A stretch of DNA of 64,000 nucleotides from Octopus bimaculoides (GCF_001194135.2 NC_068987.1:12691900-12755899); one strand, 5' to 3'. Numbered from the stretch's first letter, positions 28,001-41,854 are shown. Notes: generated by a model not told the origin, from the sequence alone. A program made the numbers and translations.

Positions 28001-28584
28001 ACCAGCAAAGATTTTGCAAGACTAATATTCTTGTTAGAAAGTATCTTAAAGGATTAAATAATTTACCTATACAGATTTAATGTGTGTGCGCGCGTGAATG
28101 TATGTAAATGTACATGTATGTATGTATATGTACATGTATGTAGGTATATGAACATGCATGTATGTATGTGCATGCGATTGTGTGTGTATATATATATGTA
28201 TTTAAGTAGGTACGTTGCTTGGTATTGGAACCAGAAATGTCGAGAAGTTTAAAAACTTTAATATAGATTTAATTTTTTAAAAAATGGGAGATGGACGAAC
28301 TTTTTTTGTAGAGGAATGTTGTTAGTTTACCAAATAAAACGTTGTGGATGGCTGGGAGTAAACTGACAATGTGTCGAAACTAAAAACAAAAACAAAAAAA
28401 AAGGCATTTGCTATGATAACACAGATTCTAAATAAACTTTTCGAGAAACTCTGCAGTATTTTGTTTGCTTTTGAATTAAATATGAGAAATGTTAAATTTC
28501 AACTTCGTTGTAAAACTAAAATATCAAATTCTCAGGTAAGATGTAATGCTAAAGTTTTTCGAATAAATAATTAAAGAATTCTTA

Positions 28585-29072
28585 ATAATAATGATAATCC
28601 TTTCTACTGAAGGCACAAGGCCTGAAATTTTGGGGCAAGGGACTAGTCGATTACATCGACCCCAGTGTGTAACTGGTACTTATTTAATTGACACCGAAAG
28701 GTTGAAAGGCAAAATTGATCTCGGCGGAATTTGAACTCAGAACGTAATGACGGACGAAATGCCGCTAAGCAATTTGCTCGGCGTGCTAACGATTCTGCCA
28801 GCTCACCGCCATAATATTAATAATAATAATAATGATAATAATAATAATAACAATGATAATCTTTTCTACTGGAGGCAAAAGGCCTCAAATTTGTAGGGTG
28901 GGGACTCGTCAATTATATCGACCGCTGTGTTTCACTAGTACTTAATTTATCGACCCCGAAAGGATGAAAGGCAATGTCGACCTCGGCGGAATTTGAACTC
29001 AGAACGTAATGGCAGACGAAATGCCGCTAAGCATTTTGTCCGGCATGCTAACGATTCTGCCAGCTCGCCGTC
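28585..29072 (-). mobile_element. Head-to-tail dimer of family A SINEs with (TTA)n tails
   Basis: Two full copies, about 28585-28810 and 28815-29072, each from ggcgagctggcagaatcgttagc to ccttgtgcct..agtagaaagg plus an AAT-type tail. Confidence 0.9.
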
Positions 29073-29410
29073 TTATTGTAGGTGGATGAAAGTGGCGTGA
29101 ATGGTGCGAGTGAACCGGTCTGCCTTGAGCATACGCCTGTAGTTGGAAAAATGGATAGGAAAAAAAAGCATCTGCCCCAAAAGTCAGAGTACCCATGGTT
29201 TTTTATGGGGTTTTTCTATGAGCAGCCCTTAAACATCTCTTCCCTATTGAAGATTACATACTGTTGATTTCTTTCTTTTTTTTATAAACTTTGTTAGTCT
29301 GGTTTACACGCAAAAACAATACACGCTCACGCACATACATACACATTCTTCATTTAGCGCTGTGCTGTCCATAATGTTTTTCTTAATGTAAACTTTGTGG
29401 TGATATAATG

Positions 29411-29483
<73 letters not shown>

Positions 29484-30211
29484 TAATAATATTAATAATA
29501 ATAATAGAAAAAGAACGGTTCTTATAAAAGGAAATATTCCAAATAACATTTTTCTTTCCTGCTAAACTGATCGAAGTTGAATTAATCGTAATTAAAAGTA
29601 AAACATCTTAATTTAAGACGATGAATTGTGTTTAGCGGTGTTACAAAGCTTAGTTTATTGATAATGTAGTTAAAGTATATTCGATTTCCTATTTAAAATG
29701 TATGACTAAGTTTTAATTAACACGTTTTCAACATATTAAATTCAAACAATTTTTTCGCAAACATCTACATCAACGTATTTGTTAACGTAAGAAGTTTGAG
29801 AGAAAACATCAGCTTTAATCTTGCTGATTACAGGTAAGCAAATATTTAAAACGTGGGAAGGATGAAACGGAAGAAGAAAAAATGTAAATTAAATTGTTAG
29901 AATAACGATTCAATTATTTTAAAGGATAGAAATTTCAAAGAAAATGTGCTTAAAAATCTTTTATAAAAATAAAACTTCATTATAAGTTTTAATTATTCAT
30001 GGCATGTATCGGATTTAATTTCCCAATAAAGGGGATAAGAAAATAAGGAAATAGAAAAAGAGCCGGATGGGTAATTGTGTATGTGCGTATATNNNNNNNN
30101 NNNNNNNNNNNNNNNNNNNNNNNNNNNNNNNNNNNNNNNNNNNNNNNNNNNNNNNNNNNNNNNNNNNNNNNNNNNNNNNNNNNNNNNNNNNNNNNNNNNN
30201 NNNNNNNNNNN

Positions 30212-30242
<31 letters not shown>

Positions 30243-31117
30243 CACACATACACACACTATTATACATATATACATACATACACATCTATGTATGTATGTA
30301 TATATATATATATGTATATATATAAGTGAATAAAGAACAACAAACCAATGCTAAAGCTGTTGGTAAAAGTTTAGTGAAAGTAATAAAAAATATAGATCTT
30401 TTAAATTTGAAAAGGTTTTAAGGAAAGGATAGGTAAAATCAGGGTAACTGAATATAAATCCTACCAACCTCAGATTTGTAAAAAATTTCGAAGTGCAAAC
30501 CAGAGTCCAAAGAACTAGAGAGTTCTGTTTTTGAGAGAGACTAAGTGTAGTGTGAGAGAGGTAATCACCGCGTAGCTCTTGTGAGAGAAGTCGAACTGGT
30601 GTACAGTGTCGTTACAGAGAGCTTTAAGCTGGTTTATTGCGTATAGAATTGTTAATCATGGTAGTTTGTTGTGCTGATGATGCTGGTAATAGTTGGAGTC
30701 AGAGATAAGTTGGAGTAGCAGAGGCTCTGCGGCTAAGTATTACCTTTCGTCAGGATAATTTCTCTCTCACCCACCCGCTCTCTCTCTCTGTTTAGTTTCC
30801 CCTCTCTCTCTCTGTTTCTCTATCTTTCTTCGTTTCTCTTCCCCTCTCCCTCTATCTCACTGTTCTTTTTCCCTTCCCACTCTTTCTTTCTCTTCAACTC
30901 TGTAAGTCGGCTGCTGCTGTACCTAAAATTAAAGTCAGCTAACTTTACTTAAGGCGCTGATTTTGTTTCTTCGTTAAGATACGAGAACGAACATTTCCGT
31001 TGCAACACCGTGGTAGAGTTTAGTTATCACCGTTATTTGGTAAAAGTAACACAGAGGAAAAAAAAAAACATATACAAAAAGAAAAGGTGATATATCTACA
31101 CGCCAAAAAAAAAATGC

Positions 31118-31177
<60 letters not shown>

Positions 31178-31792
31178 CCTAAAATGATAAGAATGGTGGA
31201 TTTGAAGATAACACACCGAAGAGAATATCTATGCTGAAGACCTCAATAATGATAAAAGAAAACAAACCATGAAAATGGAACCTCTATTTAGGAAGTACCT
31301 TTACGTTTAACGTATTCTTCATCCGTTCCTCTCTTACACCTAAATACAAACACACGCACGCACACATCAGCGCAGACGAACTGTCAAAAGTATATATTCA
31401 CTGTTATCTCGCATTTATAGTTCCTTTTAATTTCAATTTCCTTTATTTTAAGATTACCAATCGTAATATATATATATATATAAATTCAATAATAGGATGA
31501 ATTCTTTTACAAGAATTTATCAAGTAGCTATATATTGTATAATTTAGGGATTTTGAGTTATAGAAATGATTTTCTCATAGTATATCATCGTTAAATTAGT
31601 ACCATTAGCGAGCGGCGTTTTTTTTTTTTTTTTTTTTTTTTTTTTCTTAAGCCGGTGTTGTTTTCACGTGAATTTCGTTCTTGTAAAGTTATTATGAGAT
31701 TTCAGAAACGACAAAATCGTAACCTACAAAGTTATAGAAGGTAAACATAAGACCGCGCGCGCGAGTTTTGTTTATGTGTGCGTGTGCGTGTA

Positions 31793-31823
<31 letters not shown>

Positions 31824-32531
31824 GCTACATATTCATTCTCTATTTCTATATTTACATTCACACATCGTATTCATACAGATACGCACACACAGACAAGCGG
31901 CGTGCATGTACATATATGTGCGCTGCATGTAAACATATATGCATATTTTTTTTTTAATCTTTTAAGTCAAGAAGTAAAGCAGTGCTTGTAACTCATTAAA
32001 GGTTTACAGGAACTCAGAGTCTGGTAGAAGCGAAGTAGGAGGGTGGGGTATCCTAAATCGGTACCGAGTTCAAATGCTTGCAACAGAACGGACACCCCTA
32101 AAGGAACCTAAAGGAACGGACACCCCCTAAAGGAACCTGAAGTGAGAATGTTAATTCGATTTATGTAGTTAGTTTACTATGAAAATAGGCCCAGGTGGGA
32201 ATTCCACTCAGAATTTAAAGACCCGGAAGAAATACTGCAGGGTACCCAGTCCGGCATTCTGACAGTTCCGCACATTCGAAGTCTTGGATTGGAATTTTTT
32301 TTAAGCCGACCGCAGAGAAATTTTAACTCAGATGGGGAGTGGAAATATATGCTGCAAAATTTATTATACGCACGTATACACACGCATATACATATTTATG
32401 GATTTCTATATGGTTATACGTACATATATAGATATATATTCATGTACACATACATACATACATACATGCATACATACATACATACACACATACTTATATA
32501 CATATATACATACATATATACGTACATACAT

Positions 32532-32570
<39 letters not shown>

Positions 32571-33044
32571 NNNNNNNNNNNNNNNNNNNNNNNNNNNNNN
32601 NNNNNNNNNNNNNNNNNNNNNNNNNNNNNNNNNNNNNNNNNNNNNNNNNNNNNNNNNNNNNNNNNNNNNNNNNNNNNNNNNNNNNNNNNNNNNNNNNNNN
32701 NNNNNNNNNNNNNNNNNNNNNNNNNNNNNNNNNNNNNNNNNNNNNNNNNNNNNNNNNNNNNNNNNNNNNNNNNNNNNNNNNNNNNNNNNNNNNNNNNNNN
32801 NNNNNNNNNNNNNNNNNNNNNNNNNNNNNNNNNNNNNNNNNNNNNNNNNNNNNNNNNNNNNNNNNNNNNNNNNNNNNNNNNNNNNNNNNNNNNNNNNNNN
32901 NNNNNNNNNNNNNNNNNNNNNNNNNNNNNNNNNNNNNNNNNNNNNNNNNNNNNNNNNNNNNNNNNNNNNNNNNNNNNNNNNNNNNNNNNNNNNNNNNNNN
33001 NNNNNNNNNNNNNNNNNNNTATATATATATATATTGTTTTATTC

Positions 33045-33414
33045 CTTTAGTTGCATCAGTCATTTGACTGCGGCCATGGTGGAGCACCGCCTTTGGTCGA
33101 ACAAATTGACCCCAGGACTTGTTCTTTAGAACCCTAGTAATTATTCTATCGGGACCTTTTGCCGAACCGCTAATTTACGGCGACGTAGACACACCAACAC
33201 CGGTTGTCAAGCAATGGTGTGGGAGACAAACACACACACACACAAACAGATACGACGAGCTTCTTTCAGTTTTACCCACAAGGCTTTGGTCGGCCCGAAG
33301 CTACAGTGGAAGGCACTTGCCCAATATGCCACACAGTGGGACTGAAGCCGCAATCATATGATTGTTAAGCAAGCTACTTACCACACAGCCTATAAGCACA
33401 GCCACTCCTGCACC
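33045..33414 (-). mobile_element. Full-length family B SINE (tRNA head, CORE-like block, internal CA tract, tail)
   Basis: Reverse strand reads ggctgtgtggtaagtagcttgcttaac...ttcagtcccactgtgtggcatattgggcaagtgcc...gacaaccggtgttgg...ggtgctccaccatggccgcagtcaaatgactga. Confidence 0.85.
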
Positions 33415-34169
33415 CTTCACAGCCAATCCTGTGCCTTTACATACCTGTATACATACATGTATGCTTGCATGTAAAACTGCATACTTATATGCAAACATAC
33501 ATACATATACATATAAATATGCATGCATACATACATACATACATACATACACACATACACACATACACACATACATACATACATACACACATACATACAT
33601 ACATACATACATACACACACACATACATACACATACATACATTCCATAAAGTAACGTGGTCATTCTTTTACATAGTTGGACTCGTTCGAAGCTGAATATT
33701 TGCTACGGCATTACTCCGTGTTTATCCATTATGCTCCATTATTCAGTATAAACAATACACGTTTCCTGTTTATTATAGGATATTTCTTGTCATACGTTCA
33801 TCGAAAGTCTGCAAAAAATAACTGACCAGAGCCACCCTGACCCCTCACTTATAAATCTAATACTTGTTTTCTTCTACTCTAGGCGCAAGGCCCGAAATTT
33901 GGGGGGAAGGGGCCAGTCGATTACATCGACTCCAGTACGCAACTGGTACTTAATTTACCGACCCCGAAAGGATGAAAGGCAAAGTCGACCTCGGCGCATA
34001 AATCTAATTACTTAATTACTTGTTCTCGAAAGCAAGAACTAAGATGATGAGAATGAAATTTTGCAGATCTAAAACTTGCCGATCCTAGAATAATTTGAAA
34101 ATTATTCCAGCAAATACTTAGACACACAAATATATTTATAACAGATATATATATATATATATATATAAA

Positions 34170-34463
34170 CAAATAGTAAATGAGTATATGCATATATACG
34201 TACAGGTATGTGCATACCGACATCCACCTGTATGTATAGGTGCATATCTGGGTACAGGACATTGCAAACAAACGTAGACGAGAAAACACACAAGCCACAT
34301 AGAGAACATTCTACTTCATCAGCTACCCACGTTTTAACACCGGCGTTTCGACGAGCTTGGGCAGGACGCATCGTTAAAACGGCTCATCCCATGGACCGCA
34401 GATTAAATTTCTATACGCAAATTAAATCTAGCCATGGAGGAATGTAGTGGCGGACAAAAAACA
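34170..34463 (-). repeat. Unclassified ~290-bp interspersed repeat, copy 1
   Basis: Reverse complement aligns with 38764-39050 (actacattcctccatgg...aacgatgcgtcctgccc...cgaaacg...gctgatgaag...gtacccagatatgca...gtatatatgcatatactcattt). Both copies abut N-gaps. Confidence 0.85.
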
Positions 34464-34631
34464 NNNNNNNNNNNNNNNNNNNNNNNNNNNNNNNNNNNNN
34501 NNNNNNNNNNNNNNNNNNNNNNNNNNNNNNNNNNNNNNNNNNNNNNNNNNNNNNNNNNNNNNNNNNNNNNNNNNNNNNNNNNNNNNNNNNNNNNNNNNNN
34601 NNNNNNNNNNNNNNNNNNNNNNNGAAGAAAA

Positions 34632-34668
<37 letters not shown>

Positions 34669-34704
34669 GTATGTATGTATGTATGTATGTATATTTACAG
34701 AGAT

Positions 34705-34766
<62 letters not shown>

Positions 34767-35217
34767 TACAAGATACACGTACATACATACATACATACGC
34801 ACACAAATACATATATAACTTCATTAACATTTCCGTTCATATGCATGAATACCCAATTATCTAGACAATTGCTTACTCTGTTGTACACTTTCGTATTCTT
34901 GCAGACATAGATAGGAAAGAATATAATGGAACATATATATTTTGGCTATGTATATAATATTTTTCTGACAGCTCATTGTCAGACGTTTTTATATTCATAT
35001 CTGCATAAAGAAGTGGCGAAACTGTTTTGGAGATGGTTAATGCATTACAAACAGAAGAAATAAAAAAGGTATAACAAAAATTTTAAAAGAAATAAAATAA
35101 AACAAAAAATAATCTGCTGAGAAGGCGGTGAGTCGTTAGAAAGTTTTGGACGAACAGAGAAACGATGGTTGATTGATTGTACGCCTGTGTAGCTGACTCT
35201 CCTCTTTCTACTTTTCT

Positions 35218-35258
<41 letters not shown>

Positions 35259-35678
35259 CATTCTAGTTTGTTTCAGTTCTTAGACTGCGGCTATGTTGGG
35301 ACAACGCCTTGAAGGATGTAGTTCAACAAATTGACCTTAGCGCATATTCTCTATAAGATTGTACTTACTTTGTCGGTGCCATTTGCTGACCTGTTAGCCT
35401 ACGGGGACGTAAACAAACCAACAAATTTATTTATGTATATACGAGGGGGGGGGGNNNNNNNNNNNNNNNNNNNNNNNNNNNNNNNNNNNNNNNNNNNNNN
35501 NNNNNNNNNNNNNNNNNNNNNNNNNNNNNNNNNNNNNNNNNNNNNNNNNNNNNNNNNNNNNNNNNNNNNNNNNNNNNNNNNNNNNNNNNNNNNNNNNNNN
35601 NNNNNNNNNNNNNNNNNNNNNNNNNNNNNNNNNNNNNNNNNNNNNNNNNNNNNNNNNNNNNNNNNNNNNNNNNNNNNN

Positions 35679-35746
<68 letters not shown>

Positions 35747-38700
35747 AGATAGAATGATATATATATATATATCATATATGTAAGCATATATATACATCCA
35801 TACAGAGAAGGTGACGAGGGAAAGAGAGAGTAACAAAGGAGAGAGTAAAACAGTTATAAGAAATAATAGTGACAACAAGGATATTAATTAATATTAAATA
35901 ACCACGGCGACGACGATGATGAGGATGATGATGATGATGATGGTGATCATCAGCATCATCATGATCATGATGATCACGATTATCACGGATCATGTTTAAT
36001 TTTTTTCTTTTTTTTTTCCTCTTCGGCACGAGGCCAAGTTTGGTAGGAATGAAGCATAGTCGATTTTTACCGAACACCGAAGGATAAAAGGGAAGAAAAA
36101 CGAGAAGAAAGAAAACATGGTCGGGGTGCGGTGAAATAGAGAAGGCTCTTAGTAAGCGGAGAAAGCTTTAAGGTAGTAAAACATTTATTAGGTGCGGAAG
36201 CAATATGAGAGACATCAGCAATTACAACAATTAAAAGAAGCCAAAAGGAACGAAACATGATTGGAAGATACTATAAACAAAGAAACCAAGAATCTCTAAA
36301 CAAGTTCGACTCTATGAGGACTAGAATTTCAGTGAAGGACAACGTAGAACCACGAGAATTTAATATACAAAAGCTTCACATTAATAAGCATATCAAACAT
36401 ACATATCCATCATCAGTTGCTTAACGGATATCATTATTATTTCGACACCTGGCAGTACCGTTCAATCCAGTGGTGTCAGCAGAGTTAAAAAAATATAAAC
36501 GATATCCTAGGAATTAATAGACAAGAAGCTATAGCGAATCGTTCTAAGTATTCTATGATGTATGATTTTTTTATTCTAGTTATTGCTATTTAGTGATATA
36601 TAAAAAGCTTGAAATAGGTCATGGACATTGTCCATAAACGTTTCCAGGATCTCCGATACAGTTGGGAGAAACAGTGGGAAAAGCCCAAGCGTTCAGTCTT
36701 AGCGGCGTTGCAGCACAGTAGTTCAGGCTTAGAACAAATCCCACAACACCTGGAGATAACCTCCTACCCTTAATAACTAGACAGTATTTATCCAACACTG
36801 CAAGACCTACATTTATCCTCGTTTGTCACAAGTGCTTGGTTCCAAAATCACCGTGGTAAATGAATCAGTGATAAATGAATAATAGAAGATATGGGGGGAA
36901 ATAATTTACGTTTCGAAACCCCAAGTTGTCCTGAGATTGTGGATGGTCGCTGGGCTGCGCTTCTGCAATCCAAGCAGAATTTTTGACTGACTGTCGACCC
37001 GTTTTATAACAGATCAATTTTTGATAAGCGTAACACATAAAAGTTAAGTGTACCGTGTTATCCTGGATCAGTGTTGAATGACTCAGTGATAAAATAGATG
37101 TATAGAATGCTTAGAACCGCGAAAAATGTCTCCTCACATTATATAACCATCTAGCTCATGCGCCTGCCAAGCTACTGACGATCATTTACCTTTCTTACGA
37201 AGGGGGTCCAACACTAATTACTAAAACAGTTTTTGCCTTCCTCCCCAGAACGTTAAACCTACGAAATTCCAATCCCACCTATGTTTTTCTCGCAGTCATT
37301 GACTTACAAATTTTCAAGCTAAGCATCAATTTTTCCAGTGTCACAGAGTATGCACGTGCCATAACTACAAAGAAGACAAAAGCATCTGAAATTAACTCTA
37401 TGTCCTCTGAAATAGGAATAGGAATAGCAAAAGAACCGATATTTCTACGATTAGAACTAAAGGTATAAGAACAACAGAGAGTGGAATAGAGATTGTTGAA
37501 AAGCAGAAAACAGCTTTAAAACTCTAAACAAAATGCATGTTGCTCTTATTTTCCTTATTGTTAGTATCTGCTATTTCTCTTTGTTTCAGCATCTCATTAC
37601 ACCTTGACTGTTTGTTGTTTAGAAGTAATACATCAGACTGGCTTATTTACTGCTGCTGTCTCTAACATCCTCAATCATACCTCAGAAGAAATTTCCATTT
37701 CCTTCCTTCCTTACATATCTATGCTATGTCTACATCAGCAGCAATTTTATACTCAGTCGTTTTTCTTATTTTGGACTTACACCAAACAGCTCATCATGAA
37801 GTACTTACTCACACGCATACTGAAATAACCTACAAGAAACACTATTTATATTTTTGTCAGGAACAGAAGACAGTTGATATGTGATATGCTACATTCAAAT
37901 TGATGTATCATGAGTATCGAATTAATTAGCTTTATGATACCAAAAATATAACCATAATATAATCAAGCAAACTTGAGAGAAATTCTTATATAAAATTATG
38001 CCAAACTGTTATTATTAATGACTGAATATATGTAGAATTGCATATTATGCTCCCACTGGTTTATGCATTAATAAGATTCATTTAATATTCTGTCTGGCAG
38101 AAAATTACATTAAGCATATTTAGTATATAAATAAAACGATTTGCTTAACAAACAAATGGGTTTAACCTAGGTAGTCGCTTGGAATTTATGACTTTTAAAC
38201 TACTTATATGAGAAAGATGTTTGTCTTATAAGTAGATTTTATGCAGCAAAAGCAAATTGATCTATTGAACATACTGCTAATGTTGATGTGAACGAGTACA
38301 GTCAGACGTCACTCGTGGGCGAGTATAGCTTGGTAATATGCGCCATGCTTTCGCTAGATGTTTTAGGTACCTTTGTATTCACAATCGTAATTAAAATCTC
38401 TCTTGGAACTCTCACTCGTGACCCAGGGAGACACCGAGGATATGACAGGTGGAGGGATAGGTGGATGTACTCGGCTGGTATCCGTTGTTGTTGAGTAACC
38501 TGGAGTAACGTGAAATGAATTAGTTCTTGCCCAAAGAGGCACCCTTAATAATGATTTGTATACCTGCCTGTCGTTCTAGGCATGGAAATAGTTTCCATCA
38601 TCCTGATTTCATTTGCATGGTATGGATCGACCGAAAGTTATAAGAAATGACATTTGCTAGAGAAGCTTATCGTATATACATATGCATACATACATACATA

Positions 38701-38763
38701 CATACATACATACATACACACACACATATATATACATATATATATATATATATNNNNNNNNNN

Positions 38764-39050
38764 ACTACATTCCTCCATGGTACAAATTTAATTTGTGGTC
38801 CGTGGGAAGAGCCATTCTAACGATGCGTCCTGCCCTAACTCTTCGAAACGCTTAGTTTTGGAATGATGGCAGCTGATGAAGGAAATGTTCTCTATGTGGC
38901 CTGTGTGTTTTCTGTACTCTGTTTATCATTTGGTCTACGTTTTGTTTGCAACGTCGTGTACCCAGATATGCAGCTATATATATACATGTACATGTAGGTA
39001 TGTACATACATGTACGTATATATGCATATACTCATTTATTATTTGTATTA
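38764..39050 (+). repeat. Unclassified ~290-bp interspersed repeat, copy 2 (inverted relative to copy 1)
   Basis: See copy 1. The copies differ by multiple substitutions and indels, so this is not an assembly duplicate. Confidence 0.85.
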
Positions 39051-39848
39051 TATATATATATATATATATATATAAGAAGAACATGAAGGTGATTTTTATT
39101 TTCTACAGCTGTTTCACTACTAACAAATGATACTTAATGATTGTTTTACTTTACTATGAAGCCAATTTTATGGTACCCAGCCAGTCTTGACATCCTACAT
39201 GTTGATCTGACTAGATTCTAATGAATCCCGTATTCTACATATGTGTGTATGTTTGTATATATATATTTATGTGATTGTGTCTGTGTTTCTGTTTGACTCC
39301 CACACAAGCTTGACTACGGATGTTATGTTCTCGTATATTTGCAGTTGGCAAAAGAGAAGACAGAATATGCACATGGCTTCAAAACAAGAACCGGGGGCGA
39401 TGTGTTCGACTTAACACTTCCAGTTTTCAACTCTTCCATCTTTGATCTAATTATAATGACTCTACATGCAGCCATTTTAATAGAAATTATTATTTAAAGC
39501 AAAGTCGGTTTGACATTTAAAGCAATATAATGCAGTAAACGAATTAATTAGATAGTTATCAAATTAGCAGGATTTCCCTTTGAATTCAAAACCTACCGCA
39601 AATTAAATTTGTAACTAAAAACAAACAAAAAAATTCAATTTTTTATTTACATGAATAAGAATAAAAGCATAAGAAAGTCGTACACAAGTACTTATCTATA
39701 ATTTATACATTTATGTATGACTATAAATATGTTAAATTATATGTAAGCACTCCCTTGCATACATACAGGGAGAGGTGTGCACATACATGTATACATACAC
39801 AAAAACACACAAATACATATATATATACATACATATGGATACACACAC

Positions 39849-39880
<32 letters not shown>

Positions 39881-40212
39881 TTGAGCGTGTACATTAAAAT
39901 TTCTTTTGCTAAAGTTCTCGTTAATGTTAAAATCCACATCTGCTTCGCAGATGAATTATTCTACGATGTAGTCAGGTACCATCTCCAGCCAACACCCAAA
40001 ACGTAGTTTATAATCAGAAAAGGTGTCGAACATCTTCGTACTTTTATTTTTTGTTTCAATGTAACATCTAACTTTTTTTCCTATCATTAATACTGTGTAT
40101 TTCATACTTTTAACAAAACACGTGATTTCCCCGCCGTTTTGCTGACGTGCCTTACATCTAGTTGAAAAGCTTTTATTAGCTTCTTCTTTTGGGGTAGAAG
40201 TATTATTTATTT

Positions 40213-40296
40213 CGCCCTTTTAAAGCCTAGCCAGGCTCATGTGTCCGGTTTCCCGGCTTCTATGGAGTATGTGTTCCCCCCAGCAGTCCATCGCAG
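40213..40296 (-). mobile_element. 84-bp 5'-truncated family D SINE with 22-bp TSD
   Basis: ggggtagaagtattatttattt (40191-40212) / ggggtagaagtagtatttattt (40297-40318), 1 mismatch. Confidence 0.75.
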
Positions 40297-41112
40297 GGGG
40301 TAGAAGTAGTATTTATTTATTGTTCAATATTTAATGAGAATCCAGTGAAGGTTGAGTATTCTGTATCGAATTTATAATTATTTTGTTCCTATAACTTCAA
40401 GGTTTAATGAAAGGCCAACAGTGCCGGCTTAAATTTTGTTAAAGTTAAGTATTCTATATGTTGTTTTTATCATCCATCATCTTTAAGCGCATATTTTGAT
40501 ATCTTTAAATCTTATCAGTACTGCTCTTAGATAATTTATATTTGTATTACTAATGAGTTTAAGTCAAAGTTATGTTTTTCAAGACCATGGATAAAACATA
40601 TACGAAAAGAATTAAAGAATCAGAGGAACAATGATATACTTTTGTCTATCAGGCAGAATACATTCTGTAACAGTTAAAAGTTTATCCCTGGAGGGTCGTC
40701 AATAGTTAAGACATTAGCATGGTACTCGACAGCAGGAGATCGTCAATGGTTAAGACATTTGCGTGGTACACGACAGCTTTTATCAGAAAAAATAAGACTA
40801 GGAGAAAGTTTTGAGTTTAAGGCATTTGCCAATCATAAGTAGGTTACTGTTATCGGAGTGTGAAAGGTTTATGGTGTTCATCTTGAATATTTGCTGCACA
40901 AAGTTAGGTGTAAGCTATAACTATTTTTGATATTGTTCCTGTTGAATAATTGGTATCTGCCGTCGGAAAAAGTATTTTATGAGACTTATTTGAGCATTGA
41001 AACTTGAATGGAGTTTAAGCAATAACACTTTGTATTCTGCAACTTTGCCTTTGCGAGGCTAACGTGATATTAGTATGAGGATATAATGAAAAGAAAATTG
41101 AACAAAGACCAA

Positions 41113-41770
41113 AGACATGATATAGTTGCAAAAACTATTTATAACGCTTCTTGCAGGAAAGACTGCTTTGGCGAATGCATCAAAGGCTTGTCAGGACCAG
41201 CAGGTGTTCACACCTTTAAAACTAGTGAATATTGGTTGAACACCCCAATAAAAACATAAATTCAGTGCAAACATAACAGACCTGATACTGTTCTGTGGGA
41301 CAGGGAACAAAAGTCACGTCGTAGAGGTCAGCTGCCCGGATGTTAATGTACAAGCAAAAGTCCAAGAAAATGGGGACATTTATAGCAAATTAATGCAGAA
41401 CTTACAGTTCTTGAACCTTGACTATGAATTCTCATTTGTACCTATCATCATAGGCACATTAGGATATGTACGAACAAATTTGCACAAAAACTTAGAAATA
41501 CTCGGTTTGACGGAGAAAGAACAAAAGAAACTGACGGAGATTCTCGAAATTCAATCTGTTAGTGGCACAGTGATAATTTGTAAGACATTTCAAACATTCT
41601 CCATCTAAGATTGTTATGTGAATAGAAGCACACACTTGGATGTATACATCGACAGTTCAAACCAACACACCAACTCAAGCACCTATTTACAAACACCGGG
41701 GACTTTCTTAACTAAAAAGTTCTTGACGCTTTGTTAGCAACCGGCTTGAATTCTCCCAAGGAGAAGTTAA
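41113..41770 (+). mobile_element. Fossil 3' end of an R4/Dong-like non-LTR retrotransposon (restriction-like endonuclease domain)
   Basis: Stitched translation RHDIVAKTIY...YWLNTPIKT*IQCKHNRPDTVLWDREQK...VVEVSCP...YEFSFVPIIIGTLGYV...LEILGL. The RHD and HNRPD..E motifs of RLE-type LINEs are present, with stops and frameshifts. Confidence 0.75.
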
Positions 41771-41794
41771 ATAAAACCCAAAGAAAAATCATAG

Positions 41795-41854
<60 letters not shown>

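Noticed and set aside
29831-29840. Plus-strand donor CAG|GTAAGC suggesting an antisense exon
   Set aside because: No matching acceptor or ORF; such motifs are expected by chance in 64 kb.
34300-34400. Canonical hammerhead, HDV-like or twister ribozyme in the inverted repeat
   Set aside because: GAAAC precedes CTGATGA with no workable stems I and II. There is no P3/L3 or catalytic J4/2 for HDV and no P4 for twister. Kept only as an unclassified structure.
35772-36077. His/Asp-rich ORF
   Set aside because: Derived from a (GAT/CAT)n microsatellite.
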